Shown: one piece after another, positions 1 to 14,015 of the stretch
How positions within the stretch are numbered: position 1 is the first letter of the stretch
Layout of the letters: the number at the start of each line of letters is the position of its first letter
Source of the DNA: Octopus vulgaris
Taxonomy: Eukaryota
Reading direction: 5' to 3'
Assembly (NCBI GenBank): GCA_951406725.2
Contig: OX597839.1
Coordinates: 5,208,001-5,272,000 of the forward strand
Length of the DNA stretch: 64,000 nucleotides
Notes under the pieces: model-generated
Seen by the model: the letters and a program-made list of their open reading frames with translations, nothing else
Told to the model about the DNA's origin: nothing
Database searches by the model: none
Made by a program: the position numbers and the translations under genes

Positions 1-366
1 TCACCCATAACTATGACCCAAGTATCGATCTATTGCATTTCAATCTGATTTAGGGTTAGGGGTGGTGGCAAGGGTATCTTTTTTTTTCTTCACAAATGTA
101 AATAAACCCAATCTGTTTCTTAAACGAGGGACATATTCATACGGCACAGAATGTTTTTTTTACCTCAATAGACGTCATTGATTGGTTGAAATTGCTGAAA
201 TTGAAGAAAAAAACAACAACAAATATCTTACAAACTATAGAATTTTCGCAATAAAGCCAAGAGAAAAAGATGTTTTATAAACACATTCTACCAGTATACG
301 AAGTTTAAAAGTGTTAGTTACGTGGAAATTATTTCTAAAAACTGCCGTTCAAACCGAAAGTATCCT
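1..366 (-). mobile_element. MITE / non-autonomous TIR DNA element (cut by window edge)
   Basis: Reverse complement of the complete copy at 54895-55299; ends in the TIR aaaaactgccgttcaaaccgaaagtatcct; contains ttagggttagg at about 50-60. Confidence 0.85.
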
Positions 367-1202
367 CGACAGGAACTCTCATCGTCATAAGGGGCAGAGT
401 TCCAATAGCAGACAATGATGCGAAATGATTTGAAGGAAATTTGGCTGCTATTTCTTGCACTAGGATGATCCCTCACTTTGTCAGTATAACTCATGCATTC
501 CATATTGGCGTTGCAAAGAAGAAAGACTATGTAATGAGTTAGTAATGGATTGGCTAGTGATTCCAGTTCTGATTCAAGGAACAGTTTAGCATCATCGATC
601 CGTCTGTTGTCTATTTAGCGCCAGGGGCAAATTGCAAATGCGTCAGAATCTGTGATGTCGAATGTGTTCCGTGAAAAATAATGAATATTTAATTTTATAA
701 ATTCAAAAGTATGCAGTTTATATCGAATTACTGTTTTAGCTTCAAGGCTTAAACCTTTTCCGGTTATTTATTTATTTATTTTTTACACATGAGGTTTTAG
801 AAGCCATCGTCAGAGAGATATTTTGAATTTAAATACGGGCAAAATTTTGCTTAAGGGCATGTGGTTTTCTCGCTGCCGCATTCTTTACGTGAATGCTAGC
901 TTAAAACCTAGAGTAGGTATCACAAACACTAACCCTACTAGGTGTATAGTATACAAGAGACAATGATGCATGTTAAAACGTTTATTCAATAAAATTATCT
1001 CCCACTACTACTGCAGAAGGAGCAATAGAGAGGCGAAGCGAAGGAGCGAGTGAGAAAGAAAAGGAGGGAAGAGAGTTAGAGAGGGAAAAGCGAAAACTTC
1101 TATCGTATTTGATGTCATAAAAGACATCAAAATGGGTGTTATGAGTTCGAGTTTGCCTAGAGCATATAGAGTGATTTGCGTTTTATACATATTTCAGGGG
1201 AA

Positions 1203-1569
1203 GGCGGCGAGCTGGCAGAAACGTTAGCACGCCGGGCGAAATGCTTAGCGTTATTTCGTCTACCGTTACGTTCTGAGTTCAAATTCCGCCGAGGTCAACT
1301 TTGCCTTTCAACCTTTCGGGGTCGATTAAATAAGTACCAGTTACGCACTGGGGTCGATGTAATCGACTTAATCCGTTTGTCTGTCCTTGTTTGTCCCTCT
1401 GTGTTTAGCCTCTTGAGTTCACATTCCGCCGAGGTCGACTTTGCCTTTCATCCTTTCGGGGTCAAGAAAGTACCAGTTACGCACTGGAGTCGATGTAATC
1501 GACTTAATCCGTTTGTCTGTCCTTGTTTGTCCCCTCGATGTTTAGCTTCTTGTGGGCAGTAAAGAAATA
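1203..1569 (+). mobile_element. tRNA-derived SINE family A with internal tandem duplication
   Basis: Head ggcggcgagctggcag, B-box gttcaaattcc, central gactttgcctttcatcctttcggggtcga...aagtaccag (resembles the Meta/MESC domain) present twice; 19-bp TSD tatacatattt(c/t)aggggaa at 1184-1202 and 1570-1588. Confidence 0.92.
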
Positions 1570-2334
1570 TATACATATTTTAGGGGAAATTTGTGAATTA
1601 TATGTGATCATTTACGGTACAAATATAACACCGACTCACTGGACACTAATATTCCAGAACTAAATTACGAGCAGGAAATTCAAATTCCACGGGGTCGCAA
1701 AAACAGTTCACCGGTACCTTGCACAATATGGTATTTACATATATATATATATATATGAGAAAATAGGTGTGTCTAATCGTCACTATATGCTACATAATCA
1801 TTTAAAATAATTATCGAACATACGCATTCGATTGCGGGGACCAGTCGTAGTACACATATCCTTGTTTATCATGGGGTATTGGTTCTACAAGGAAAGAATT
1901 AATGAATAAAACAGTGATAAATGAATTGTATTTCTACATACTTTAAATGGAATGACCGTTAGATACATTAACACCAAGCTCCAAGTCAACAGCAGCGATG
2001 CTTCCATTTTCTTGATCATCTCTACATTTTTCTGAAGAAAATATATTCGTCTCTGTCGTTTATTCGAATCAGATGCCTTAGTATTTCTCTCTATTCCTGG
2101 GTGCCATGTGAGTTAATCCGTATAAAAACATGCAGACTTGCAGCATGGTTATTCAAACTCAAGCAATACTCAGTACCTTGTGGATGTGGTGCGGTTTTGT
2201 ACTACAAGCAGAATATTTAACTGATTATGGAGCCGTGTTTTCAAAGACCTGCCCGTGATAAGCGTGACATATTTCAAGTTTAATTCTAACATATTATCCC
2301 GGCTCAGTGAGGAATGAATCGCTGATAAACGCGG

Positions 2335-2480
2335 TTACCCGTACTAACCTACCTTCTTGTGTGACCTGAGTTCAAATCCCGTCGAACTAGATCTTGTATT
2401 CTATGCTTCTCGGATCGATAAACGAACTATCTATCAGTCAAGACCTAGGGTCGATATAATCGACTTTACTTTACTACGAC
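2335..2480 (+). mobile_element. old SINE family A-like remnant
   Basis: tgagttcaaatcccgtcg...cggatcgataaa...agggtcgatataatcgactt. Confidence 0.55.
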
Positions 2481-3082
2481 AGTAAATGTGCGGAATTGCA
2501 CAAATACTAGACATTACTTCATGAACTGTATACACGTAAATATACGAGACATAGGAATTTATTACCTGAATCTTATTGCTTTTAGGGGACGCTATATTTT
2601 TTTTTATATGCATCAATATATTGAGAAAACCACATCGCAAACATAAATGTCCAGAAATCTGAAAGTTCTGCGAATGGGGTTGTATAAAACCGCTGGTAAT
2701 TTATTGTCTTTTATGCCCAATACAATCTTTTCCTTTTAACTATCAAAACAACAACAGTCTGAAGAACAATAAAAAAAATAGGTAAACAAAAGCGTAAAAA
2801 CAGAAGAACTATTACAAGAAGACGAAGAAGGGAAAGAAACGGAACCTTAGATGTCTTTATATCTTGAATTCCGTTTATCATTCAGTGGTTACAATCGTTT
2901 CTATGGGTGAATGTATGCGCGATGAATATATACACAACCACCTGTGTGCTTCTGTATAAATATATATACGTAAAATATGTACGTATGAATGTATATGTAT
3001 GTATATATATGTATGTAGGTATCTATGTATCTATTTATCTGTCTGTTTATCTCTTTATCTCTCTCTCTCTCTTTATTTATAT

Positions 3083-3381
3083 ATCACCGTGATCACCGTG
3101 ACCGACCAGGCTATCAGATGTTGCTGGTCACAATGCTCTTCGCATTGTTTTAGCCTTCAAATGACGCCACCCCGCCGGCTAAGCGAGCAGGCCAACAGAA
3201 GAAAGAGTGAGAGAAAGTTGTGGCGAAAGAGTTCAGCAGGGATCGCCAAAACCCTCTGCCGGAGCCTCGTGGAGCTTTAGGTGTTTTCGCTCAATAAACA
3301 CTCACAACGCCCGGTCTGGGAATCGAAACCGCGATCCTCCGACCGCGAGTCCGCTGCCCTAACCACTGGGCAATTGCGCCT

Positions 3382-3384
<3 letters not shown>
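3083..3384 (-). mobile_element. tRNA-derived SINE family C, tail type 1
   Basis: Minus-strand head ggaggcgcaattgcccagtggttagggcagcggactcgcggtc...ggtttcgattccc; tail ending ggtcggtcacggtgat; homologous to 34981, 41642 and 44915. Confidence 0.9.
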
Positions 3385-3418
<34 letters not shown>

Positions 3419-3632
3419 TATATATATATACGTATATATAATATATATGTATATATATATATATGCATATATATATACACACACAATATACATGTGCATA
3501 CATACATACACATTCATACATACATACATACAAACATACATACCTACCTACCTACATACATACATACATACATACATACATACATACATACATACATACA
3601 AACATATATGCATGCAAACATACACACATATA

Positions 3633-4147
3633 TCTCTCTCTATATAAACGGCTGTTTGTCTGTCTGTGTGTCTGTCAGGTTGTACCCTCACCCTGACCAC
3701 GGCTTTCAACCGATTCTGATGAAACTTGACACACACATAGCCCAATGTCATAATTCAAAACTAACGCGGCGAAAAGTTTGAAAAGTTCCCCCAGTTCTGG
3801 AATAAATTGATAAATTCGACATGGGGTCGAGAATCTAAGCTTTTTATTTGCAACACATTTTCTGTTGTAGTTCTCGCAACTTGCAATCGATTTTCACCAA
3901 ACTCATGGTGAAGCTTAATGTTACCCTAAGAAACTTAATTCTGACGTTAGTTTTCCATGCAGTACCTTACCATCAGAAAAAATCGATAAAATCATGCCAT
4001 TTTGGGAAATCGCGTTCAAATTCAAGATGACATATTTTCGACAATATCTTTAACAAATTGGCAGGAATTTTTTTTAAATTCACAGCGAGCATCATGTCTG
4101 CTCCAGGGGCTCTTAGATACCCGGGCAATGCCGGGCTATGCTGCTAG
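3633..4147 (+). mobile_element. non-autonomous Helitron
   Basis: 5' TC(tctc)tatataaa, subterminal hairpin cccgggcaatgccggg, 3' CTAG, inserted between A and T without TSD; 5' ~200 bp shared with 45899-46280. Confidence 0.88.
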
Positions 4148-4661
4148 TACATCCATAAGTACCAGTTGAGTAATGGCGTCGATGTAGTCCGCTTTCTTCA
4201 CTTTCCCCATTTTCCTAAATTTGCTGACGTAATGTTAAAGTCTCAAACAATTATTATTGTTATTTTTGTTTTCTTTGTTGTCATTGCCTGACCGCCACCC
4301 TCATTTTAATGTTGTAGGACTGAAAGCCTCCCCGCTATGTAGCGTCTATGACAAAAGAGATGGTGTAAAGGAAGACGGAGAAAAAATTACGAACTGATAC
4401 TTCCAGTTTAGATTCGAATCGCACTTGGAAATGAAAGCATGAGTTCGGTGGAAGAGTTCTCTCTTATAGAACCTGTATAGATCTCAATAACTGCAGGGAA
4501 GATTGTTATAGTACCATGTCAGCATGAATGTCTTTCGAAGCTAAAGCCCTATTCCTGGAGGTACCTGATAACACCACGATACCAAATTTTCTCCATTTTC
4601 AAGAGAAAAAAAAAAAAATAATAATAATAGTAATAATAATAATAACAATAATAATAATAAT

Positions 4662-5073
4662 AAACTGAGAAAATATAAAGATCTTGAAATAGAAATCAGC
4701 AAAATGTGGAACCTGAAGACTAAAACAATACCTGTTGTCATAGGTGCCCTGGGAATGATAGTAAAAGGGGCTGATTGCTACCTAACTCAGATATCAGGAA
4801 ACCCCAGAATGGCAGAAATTCAAAAAAGATAGTGCTCATGGGAACTTCTCATATCCTATGCAAATTACTTTCTATGTAATCTCAAGTTTTAAAACAAACA
4901 TAATTTTCGTATGTTTTTTTTTTTAGACATTCACTAGTACAACACTAAATACAAAACCAACTATATGGCACACTAGGCATAACAACATCCCGAACTTCCA
5001 ACCTGTTGTTTCCTGAGGTCTCTGGGTGAGACTTGGAGCCAACTTATACAAATATAAAGCAAAAGTCAAACAC
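4662..5073 (+). mobile_element. Dong/R4-clade (RLE) non-LTR retrotransposon 3' fragment
   Basis: Translates KLRKYKDLEIEISKMWNLKTKTIPVVIGALGMI...IQK/IVLMGTSHILCKLL* (one frameshift), the RLE-domain C-terminus; 3'UTR follows; (TAA)n on both sides. Confidence 0.88.
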
Positions 5074-5120
<47 letters not shown>

Positions 5121-5350
5121 CTGAAATATGTAATCTTGTCAGAAGATCGTCTTTCAACAGGCAGATATCAGCCTGGAGAGAAACAAGGCAGTTATTAACA
5201 CGAAGGGATGAAACAAAATGCAGTCTTCACAACTGTAGCATTCTTCCTCCTTCCTTAGCGTAAGAACCTCTCAGCCCACCCTTCGTACATAAAACTACTG
5301 ACAGCATGAGTTTGTTGGCGAGAACACAAAAACCCGGTGTGAGCACTTAC

Positions 5351-5404
5351 CTCTTGTTTTCAGAGTTGGGGTCCTCCACCGCGTGGCCCTTCTTAGACGT
5401 CCAC
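5351..5404 (-). CDS. candidate 54-nt internal coding exon (phase 2/2), WTSKKGHAVEDPNSENK
   Basis: Acceptor ctctaccttatgcag|G, donor GAG|GTAAGT, GC-richer unique sequence, in frame with exon 7271-7311. Confidence 0.7.
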
Positions 5405-5579
5405 CTGCATAAGGTAGAGTGTATCATCCCCTTGTATTCGTTTATTATTTGTTTAATTTGCAGAGGTTTTGTTCAATTAATCTTCCTCATCCCGTTTTAT
5501 AGGAACCTTCGACAAAATAAATAAACTGTCTTCTTATAACGTAATCTCTATAATTTGCCATTGTAACAAGTAAACGGAA

Positions 5580-5655
5580 TCATCTTCATCATCACCATCA
5601 GCATCATCATTGCCATCATCAACGTCATCATTGTCAGTATCACCATCACCATCAC

Positions 5656-5687
<32 letters not shown>

Positions 5688-5862
5688 GCATCACGATCAT
5701 TGTTATCAGCATCATCATGATCATCGTCATCATAACACCGTCGACGTCGGCGTCGTCACCATCATCATCATCAGCATCATCACCATCACCATAATCACTA
5801 TCATTATCATCATTATCATCATCATCATCACCATCACCATAATCACTATCATTATCATCATC

Positions 5863-5926
<64 letters not shown>

Positions 5927-6138
5927 CCATCATCACCATCATCATCACCATCACCACCATCATCATCATCATCATCATCATTTTTGCCGTTGTTGCTCTT
6001 GTTCTCCCCCTCCCCTCCTCTTCCATATTATTATTATTAGTGTTGTTGTTGTTTTTATTGTTGTTGTTGTTGTTATTATTATTATTATTATTATTGTTGT
6101 TGTTGCTGTTATTGTTATTATTTTTATTATTATTATTA

Positions 6139-6196
<58 letters not shown>

Positions 6197-7137
6197 CATT
6201 ATTATTATTATTGTTATTCCGATTGATGTCACTGCCGTCGTCATAACCGGTTTCACCATCTCTATTCTGCAATAAACAAAAAAAAAAAGCCAAAAAAAAA
6301 TAAAGAAAATATTAAGAAAAATATCTGCAAAAAAACAAAACAAAAAATACCATTAACCATTTTTGTAATTTGTACTTTTAATGTATCATCACAGGTCACC
6401 CTTGAGGCAATAAAGAAGTTATTATTATGATTATGGTTATTAACGCCAGTAATACGTACGTTCCTGTTGTTGTTGTTGTTGTTGTTGTTGTTGCTGCTGC
6501 TGTTGCTATTGAATGTGTTGATACACAATATTGTCTTTAGGAAAAGTAAAAAGAAAATTTAAAAAATGGTTCGTTCTCATTGTTGCTCGCATCATCGTTG
6601 TTGTTGTTGTAGTTGTTGTTGTCGTTTTTCTTGTGGTTGTTTAATGGTTTCGATTGTGGTTCACAAATGTCACTGTTACTTGGTTTGTTGTTGTTGCTGT
6701 TGTTGTTGCTGTTGTTGTTGTTGTTGTTGTTGTTGTTTTTGTTATTGTTCTGCATCTTGCTCTTCTTGTTCTTCTATTTGCTGTTGATGTTTTTTCTACT
6801 TGTTCTTCTTGTCCTTGCTCTGGCTGTTGTTGTTGTTGTTGTTCTTCTTCTTCTTCTTCTTTTTCTTCTTCTTCTTCTTCTTCTTTTTCTTCTTCTTCTT
6901 CTCCTTTTTCCATTTCTTCTTCTTCTTCTTCTTCTTCGTCTTTTTCTTCTTCTTCTTCTTCTTCTTTTTCTTCTTCTTCTTCTCCTTCTCCTTTTTTTTC
7001 TTCTTCTTCTTCTTCTTCTCCTTTTTCTTCATTTTCTTCTTCTTCTTCTTCTTCTTCTTCTTCTTCTCCTTCTTCTTTTTCTTCTTCTTCTTCTTCTTCT
7101 TCTTCTTCTTCTTCTTCCTCTCCTTTTTCTTCTTCTT

Positions 7138-7168
<31 letters not shown>

Positions 7169-7250
7169 TCATTCTTCTTCTTCTTCTTCTTCTTCTTCTT
7201 CTTCTTCTTCTCTTTATTATTATTATTATTATTATCATTATTTAATCTTG
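5580..7250. repeat. compound trinucleotide microsatellite block (CAT)n/(TTA)n/(TTG)n/(TTC)n
   Basis: Read directly; includes a ~370-bp degenerate (TTC)n tract at about 6840-7210. Confidence 0.95.
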
Positions 7251-7270
7251 TCGTTATTGTTGTTGCTTAC

Positions 7271-7311
7271 CCGGGAGGAAAGAATCCGCTGTGATGGAAG
7301 CTATAAGACAT
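7271..7311 (-). CDS. candidate 41-nt coding exon (phase 0/2), MSYSFHHSGFFPPG
   Basis: Acceptor tcttctatgttttgcag|A, donor CGG|GTAAGC; a unique island between microsatellites. Confidence 0.68.
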
Positions 7312-7338
7312 CTGCAAAACATAGAAGACCTGCATATA

Positions 7339-7392
<54 letters not shown>

Positions 7393-7620
7393 CATGTGTA
7401 TACTTAAGTGTGTGTGTGCGTTTATGTGTGTATGTATACCCGCACACACTCACAGACACACACACGCTTACAAGCATGTGTAGGTATATATATATATATA
7501 TATATATGCATATATATGTGAGTACATATATATATATATATATATACATATATATATACGTATATATTAATATATATATACATATATATGTATATAAACG
7601 AATATATATTAATGTATATG

Positions 7621-7651
<31 letters not shown>

Positions 7652-7721
7652 CACACACACACACGAACATGCACATACATATAAAGGAAGAATACAACAG
7701 ATATCTCACACACAAACACAA

Positions 7722-7757
<36 letters not shown>

Positions 7758-8153
7758 GTATAAAACGAATATTCTTTCATATGTTGTTGCCTGTCTATAA
7801 TATTTCTCATTCATTTCTATTCCTTCCTTCCATTCTTTATTTATTTCTATGTCACTTGTTTACTTCTCATTTCACCTTCATCATCCTTTTTACTTTCCTT
7901 CTTTCCTTCCTTTTTTCCTCCCTTCCTTCCTTCCTTCTTGTTTCCATTCTCTTTTACCCCATCCCCCGCCTTTCTTCGTTTCTTTCTCTCGCATTTACTG
8001 GCACGTCTCTGATGACATTAACTGGCTACAAACATCTAAATAGATTGCAAGACTTAGAGGAATGTTTACTAATTGAATTATCCAGCTTCTTCCACAATAC
8101 GTTGAAGAAGTGGAATATACAATGGAATTCGGTAATTATATGTATATGTGTGC

Positions 8154-8217
<64 letters not shown>

Positions 8218-8406
8218 ATATGTATAAATGCATACATATGTGTGTATACACACACATATGCATATATATGTATATATATATGACTCAATGTATATATATA
8301 ATATGGTGTGTATGTGCTGCTTTTGTGTGTCTCTCTTATTTCACCCTCGCTCTCTCTCTCACTATGAATATGTATATATATGTATATATATATATACATA
8401 TATATA

Positions 8407-8451
<45 letters not shown>

Positions 8452-8507
8452 ATGTACATGTATATATATATATATATACGTATATATATATATAGATAGA
8501 TAGATAG

Positions 8508-8571
<64 letters not shown>

Positions 8572-8716
8572 GTACATACATATGCATAAATATATATATA
8601 TACATGTATGGTTTCAAGACCTTCGATTCAGTTTCACCAAGCAATTAATGTGGATTTCTCTTTATTTTCTCATGTTTTTCGGCTTTCCCTCTCTCGGCAT
8701 ATCTTGTGCATTAGCA

Positions 8717-8776
<60 letters not shown>

Positions 8777-8779
8777 GAT

Positions 8780-8814
<35 letters not shown>

Positions 8815-9033
8815 CTGTAACCGATATGCATTCAACAGCCCGACATGAGATACAGACGAGGGCATTGGAATCAAAGTCCCTTATACAACAAATATACCTA
8901 CAGGTGGGACAAAGGCAAATACAGGAGTGGTGATGTGAAACACCCGGACTGAGGAAGCCAGAAAGACCAAGGGGCGCTCCAGCATGACCACGGCCGCATG
9001 GTTGAAATGAGTAATAAAGTAAGAGTGCATCTA

Positions 9034-9102
<69 letters not shown>

Positions 9103-9135
9103 CTCTCTCTCTTTATATATATATATATATATATA

Positions 9136-9572
9136 CTCTTACTTGTTTCAGCCATAGTCTTTCAGACTTCCTCAGTGTGGGTGTTACACATCACCACCTC
9201 TGTCTGCCTATGGTCTAGATATAGTTACATTTGGTGTATGAGGGAGTTTGACTCCGCTGCCCTTCTCTGTACCTCATGTCGAGTTGTTGATTCACCCGGT
9301 TTGGTGGAGAGGACAATGACCAGTTCCTTTCTGAAAATATCTACTTCCACCTTATGCAAATTTCTAAATTTTTGTTTCAAGGGATTGAAGAGCTGTGGGC
9401 CTTTGAATCCTTCACATTTGCAGTACCTGGTCCTCAATTTAGATGGAGTGGTTGGTACCTGTGCTACAATACGACGGTAGCCAATTCTGTTATTTGTATA
9501 AGACTCAATGCGAAAGTTAAGTACTAACCCTTCTAGGATTTTCCATATGTATATTATTGCGTATCTCTCCGC
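9136..9572 (-). mobile_element. CR1-clade LINE 3' fragment (family 1)
   Basis: Minus strand translates YAIIYIWKILEGLV...GFKGPQLFNPL...SNSLIHQM; homologous to 56273-56772; tail gctgaaacaagtaagagt. Confidence 0.85.
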
Positions 9573-9638
9573 CTATGTATATGTATATATACATATGTGC
9601 ATGTGCTTGTGTGTGTATGTTTGTATGTACGTATGTAT

Positions 9639-10032
9639 TACTCTTTTAATCTTTTACTTTTTTCAGTCATTTGACTGCGGCCATGCTGGAACACTGCCTT
9701 TAATCGAGCAACTCGACCCCGGGACTTATTCTTTTGTAAGCCAAGTACTTATTCTATCGGTCTCTTTTTCCGAACGGGGACATAAACACACCAGCATCGG
9801 TTGTCATGCAATGCTAGGGGGACAAACACAGACACACAAACACACACACGCATATGTATATACATATATACGACGGGCTTCTTTCGTTTCCGTCTACCAA
9901 ATCCACTCACAAGGCTTTGGTCGGCCCGAGGCTATAGTAGAAGACACTTGCCCAAGGTGCCACGCAGTGGGACTGAACCCGGAACCATGTGGTTGGTAAA
10001 CAAGCTACTTACCACACAGCCACTCCTGCACC
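9639..10032 (-). mobile_element. tRNA-derived SINE family B (CORE-like, CR1-type tail)
   Basis: Head ggtgcaggagtggctgtgtggtaag, ccttgggcaagtgtctt motif, internal (TA)/(TG) tract, tail ccagcatggccgcagtcaaatgactgaaa. Confidence 0.92.
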
Positions 10033-10543
10033 TATGTATATAATTATGTACCAATAATTGTTATTTGTTTCATACCCTCGGGATGAATCGAGCAGGAATA
10101 TACATGCATGTATATTGCGTATATGTATCTATATGCTTCTTGTTTGTGTGTTAGTTTGTGTGTGTGTGTGTGTATCTGTGCTGTTGTGGATGTACATATT
10201 ATACAGGCAATTGTTCGGTTTTAGTTTTCAGAGATCAATACCTATAAGACCAGTGTATATCCAGCTACCTTATAATCAATACCATATATTGTTTATATAC
10301 CATTTATTCGTCAATGTAAAATAAAGAGCTCTGTGGATCTTGCAATCCAATAAACCGATATGCTGTCCAATATATTTTAGCTGTCACTTTTCAATCTTTG
10401 TATTTCGTTGATATATATTCCCAATAGCACCTGCCACAATTACATCATATCTACAACAATCTAATGAGAAAATGTAGCTAAGCCTCCCTCAAATCGCACA
10501 ATATAGTCTTAAATATATCGGTTTATTATTGGTAGATGTAAAA

Positions 10544-10990
10544 GGCGCCGAGCTGGCCGAATCGTTAGCACGCCGGGAAAAATGTTTAACAACATTTCGT
10601 CTGTCTTCACATTCCGAGTTCAAATTCTGCCGAGATCGACTTTGTCTGTCATCCTTTCGGGATAGATAAATTAAGTAACAGTGAAGCACTGGTGTCGATG
10701 AAATGGAGTAGTTCCCTCCTCCGAAATTTCAGGCTTTGTGTCTATGGTAGAAAGAAATCTTGGCAAATATAAATGGTGGCTAGTTGGCAGAATCGTTAGC
10801 ACTCTAGGCGAAATGCTTAGCGGTAATTCGCCCGTCGCTACGTACTGCGTTGAAACCCTGCCGATTTCGACTCTGCCTTCCATCCTTTCGGGATCAATAA
10901 ATTAAGTACCAGCGAAACTTTGGGATTGATGAAATAGTCTTAACCCCTCACAATGTTATGTGAGTATAGAGCGGTAATAGAAAACAAAGT
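10544..10990 (+). mobile_element. two tandem older SINE family A copies
   Basis: Heads at about 10544 and 10774, each with the catcctttcggg...aaattaagta core. Confidence 0.8.
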
Positions 10991-11199
10991 CATGGCACTG
11001 GAAAATGCTCTGTTATGTAATAAACCTCGTTAGCTTACAACAGTTTCTCTTATAAGATGTAGTGGACTCTCATCCTATATGAAGTTCCTCAGCTGTAAGC
11101 TAATGAATGTTATTAAATAACATTTGGCTTTTCCGGTGTCATCCCTTTGTTTTCTCTGTCTGTCTCTGTCTCTGTCTCTCTCTCTGTCTCTCTCTCTCT

Positions 11200-11265
<66 letters not shown>

Positions 11266-11879
11266 ATATATAAAGAAAGAAAGAGAGAGAGAGAGAGACT
11301 GAGAGTGAGTGAGAGTGAGAGAGACAGCTAGAGATATATCGATACATACACGCAACGTTTTCTTTTCCAACAGATAACTGCATCTGATATTATTAAAAGA
11401 TTAATGGTCCAGATTATCTGCAAACCTCGTTTAGTGCAATTAAATTAGTCTTTGTTCTCAATACACTTCTATTCATTTTTCTTTTACATGCCATGAGTTT
11501 CACTTCCTCTCTACACGTACTCATCGTATGTATGCTCTTCCAGCTTTGCACTTCGCAATAGCCTCACCTCCTAGGATGTTTGGAAAACTCATATGTGTTT
11601 TGGCTGATTAGTACGGGACACTTGTATTTGCTGCAATATTTGCAGCTTTTAATAAAGCTGTTCTTCGTATGAAACAATTGTACTGAAAAACTAATCCATT
11701 CTTGTTGTTTTTTTCTTGTTTATAATCACCCCACATTATTTTATGGTTAATACAATATAGATTTCTGGTGCATCTAAGTTAAGTACTGCATTCATGTGAA
11801 TTCACTGGAACTCACTTGAATCTTAATTGCTTTTACTGAAAATATATATATACATATATATATGACCGTTATATATATT

Positions 11880-11980
11880 CTTTCTACTGAAGGCACAAGG
11901 CCTGAAATTTGTGGGGAGGGGAATAGCTGATTACATCAACTGGTACTTAATTTTTCGACCCCGAAAGGATGAAAGGCAAA
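11880..11980 (-). mobile_element. SINE family A 3' fragment
   Basis: aactggtacttaattt..tcgaccccgaaaggatgaaaggcaaa. Confidence 0.75.
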
Positions 11981-12546
11981 TATATATATATATATACATA
12001 ACCGTTAAATTTACTTCATCATTTAAATTAAATTTGCCAAAATATTTTCGTCGCTTTGAGACCACCACGACCTGTTCACTGACAAAATTCGGTGTTGCAT
12101 CTCGGAATTTTGTCAGTGAAAAGGTCGCGGTTTCAAAGCGACAAAAATCTCAAGTGCATACACATATGTAAATCGAACTTTCACATGGGGTCCACTCCAA
12201 ATACATGCAATACCGTACCTCACAGCCATACACGGACCCACAAATATTTCCATGCGCATACATACACACACAATGCACAGACAGACAACGCGTGCGCGTA
12301 TATCATTGCTCAATCTATCTTGATCCAATCCAGATAACCATCTCAAATATATTAACTGCCTTAAATTCCATTAAGAATTCGAAGAACCGTTAAATAAAGA
12401 AAAAGAATATATAAAAATAAAAAACTAAAGTGCACATATTCACACAATGCTACATATGAGTAGACACACAGAATCAACCTTAAATAACACACATGCCGAC
12501 AGCTGTTGATATTCCTGCGCTGAGGACTGTACATATGTGCGTATGC

Positions 12547-12841
<295 letters not shown>

Positions 12842-12956
12842 CATAACTATTTATCTGCCTACTTACTAACTCTTCTCCCCGTGTCTCTATGTGCATATAC
12901 AGGTACACGCGCATATGTATATATATATATATATATATACATATTCATCTACATGC

Positions 12957-13028
<72 letters not shown>

Positions 13029-13091
13029 TATATATATATATATACTTGCACACACACACATACATTTGTAGAATATATATGCTAGAATATT

Positions 13092-13142
<51 letters not shown>

Positions 13143-13366
13143 AAAACACACACGAATAAAAAATAATCATAAAGACAAGGTAACCAAGAAATAAAAAAAA
13201 GCAAGAATAAAACGACAACACATAAAAAGAAAATCAACCACTCGCCCAATCAACACACAAGCCTACAAACCAACACCCAGACCAGACCAACCCGCAAACC
13301 GACAGAAACAGCAAACCAATTGATCAAAATCAATAGATCGATAAATCAGTCTTGTATACGACTTAC

Positions 13367-13406
13367 ACACTATTCTCAATTATCTCAACAGCGATGCGAG
13401 GAACAG
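13367..13406 (-). other. weak candidate exon (VPRIAVEIIENSV, phase 1/2) or UTR exon
   Basis: Donor TGT|GTAAGT; mediocre acceptor aaagtcttcag|C. Confidence 0.3.
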
Positions 13407-13677
13407 CTGAAGACTTTATTGCAAAATGAAGAATATGAATAAACGAGAAGAATCTAAAGTTATTCCACTTATAATTGCTTCGTTATCGATCAGAAATCCT
13501 TGACCTGATATGATATTATTTCTGGTCTTTGCGTAGGATTCTTCTATATGCATGGTTGCATATGTGTGCAAAGATGTGTATACATACATACATACATATA
13601 TATACATATACATACATATATATATTTATATATATATACATATACATATATATAATATATATATATGTATATAAATA

Positions 13678-13709
<32 letters not shown>

Positions 13710-13756
13710 CATATATACATATACATATATGCATGTATGTATGCATGTGTAGGTAC

Positions 13757-13799
<43 letters not shown>

Positions 13800-13856
13800 T
13801 GCAAACATACATACATATGCAAGCTGCAAAAATTTATGCATATGCATACACACTCG

Positions 13857-13889
<33 letters not shown>

Positions 13890-13961
13890 GGGTACACACA
13901 CATACACGTTTAAATCTCGTGTACAAATTTTGTGTATGCCAGTTAGGTATATATATATATT

Positions 13962-14015
<54 letters not shown>

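Noticed and set aside
50-62. Telomere repeat TTAGGG
   Set aside because: Only about two units, inside a MITE; not telomeric.
6654-7763. 369-aa Ser-rich ORF and overlapping poly-L/F/K/R ORFs
   Set aside because: Pure (TTG)/(TTC) repeats; antisense to the better-supported 41-nt exon.
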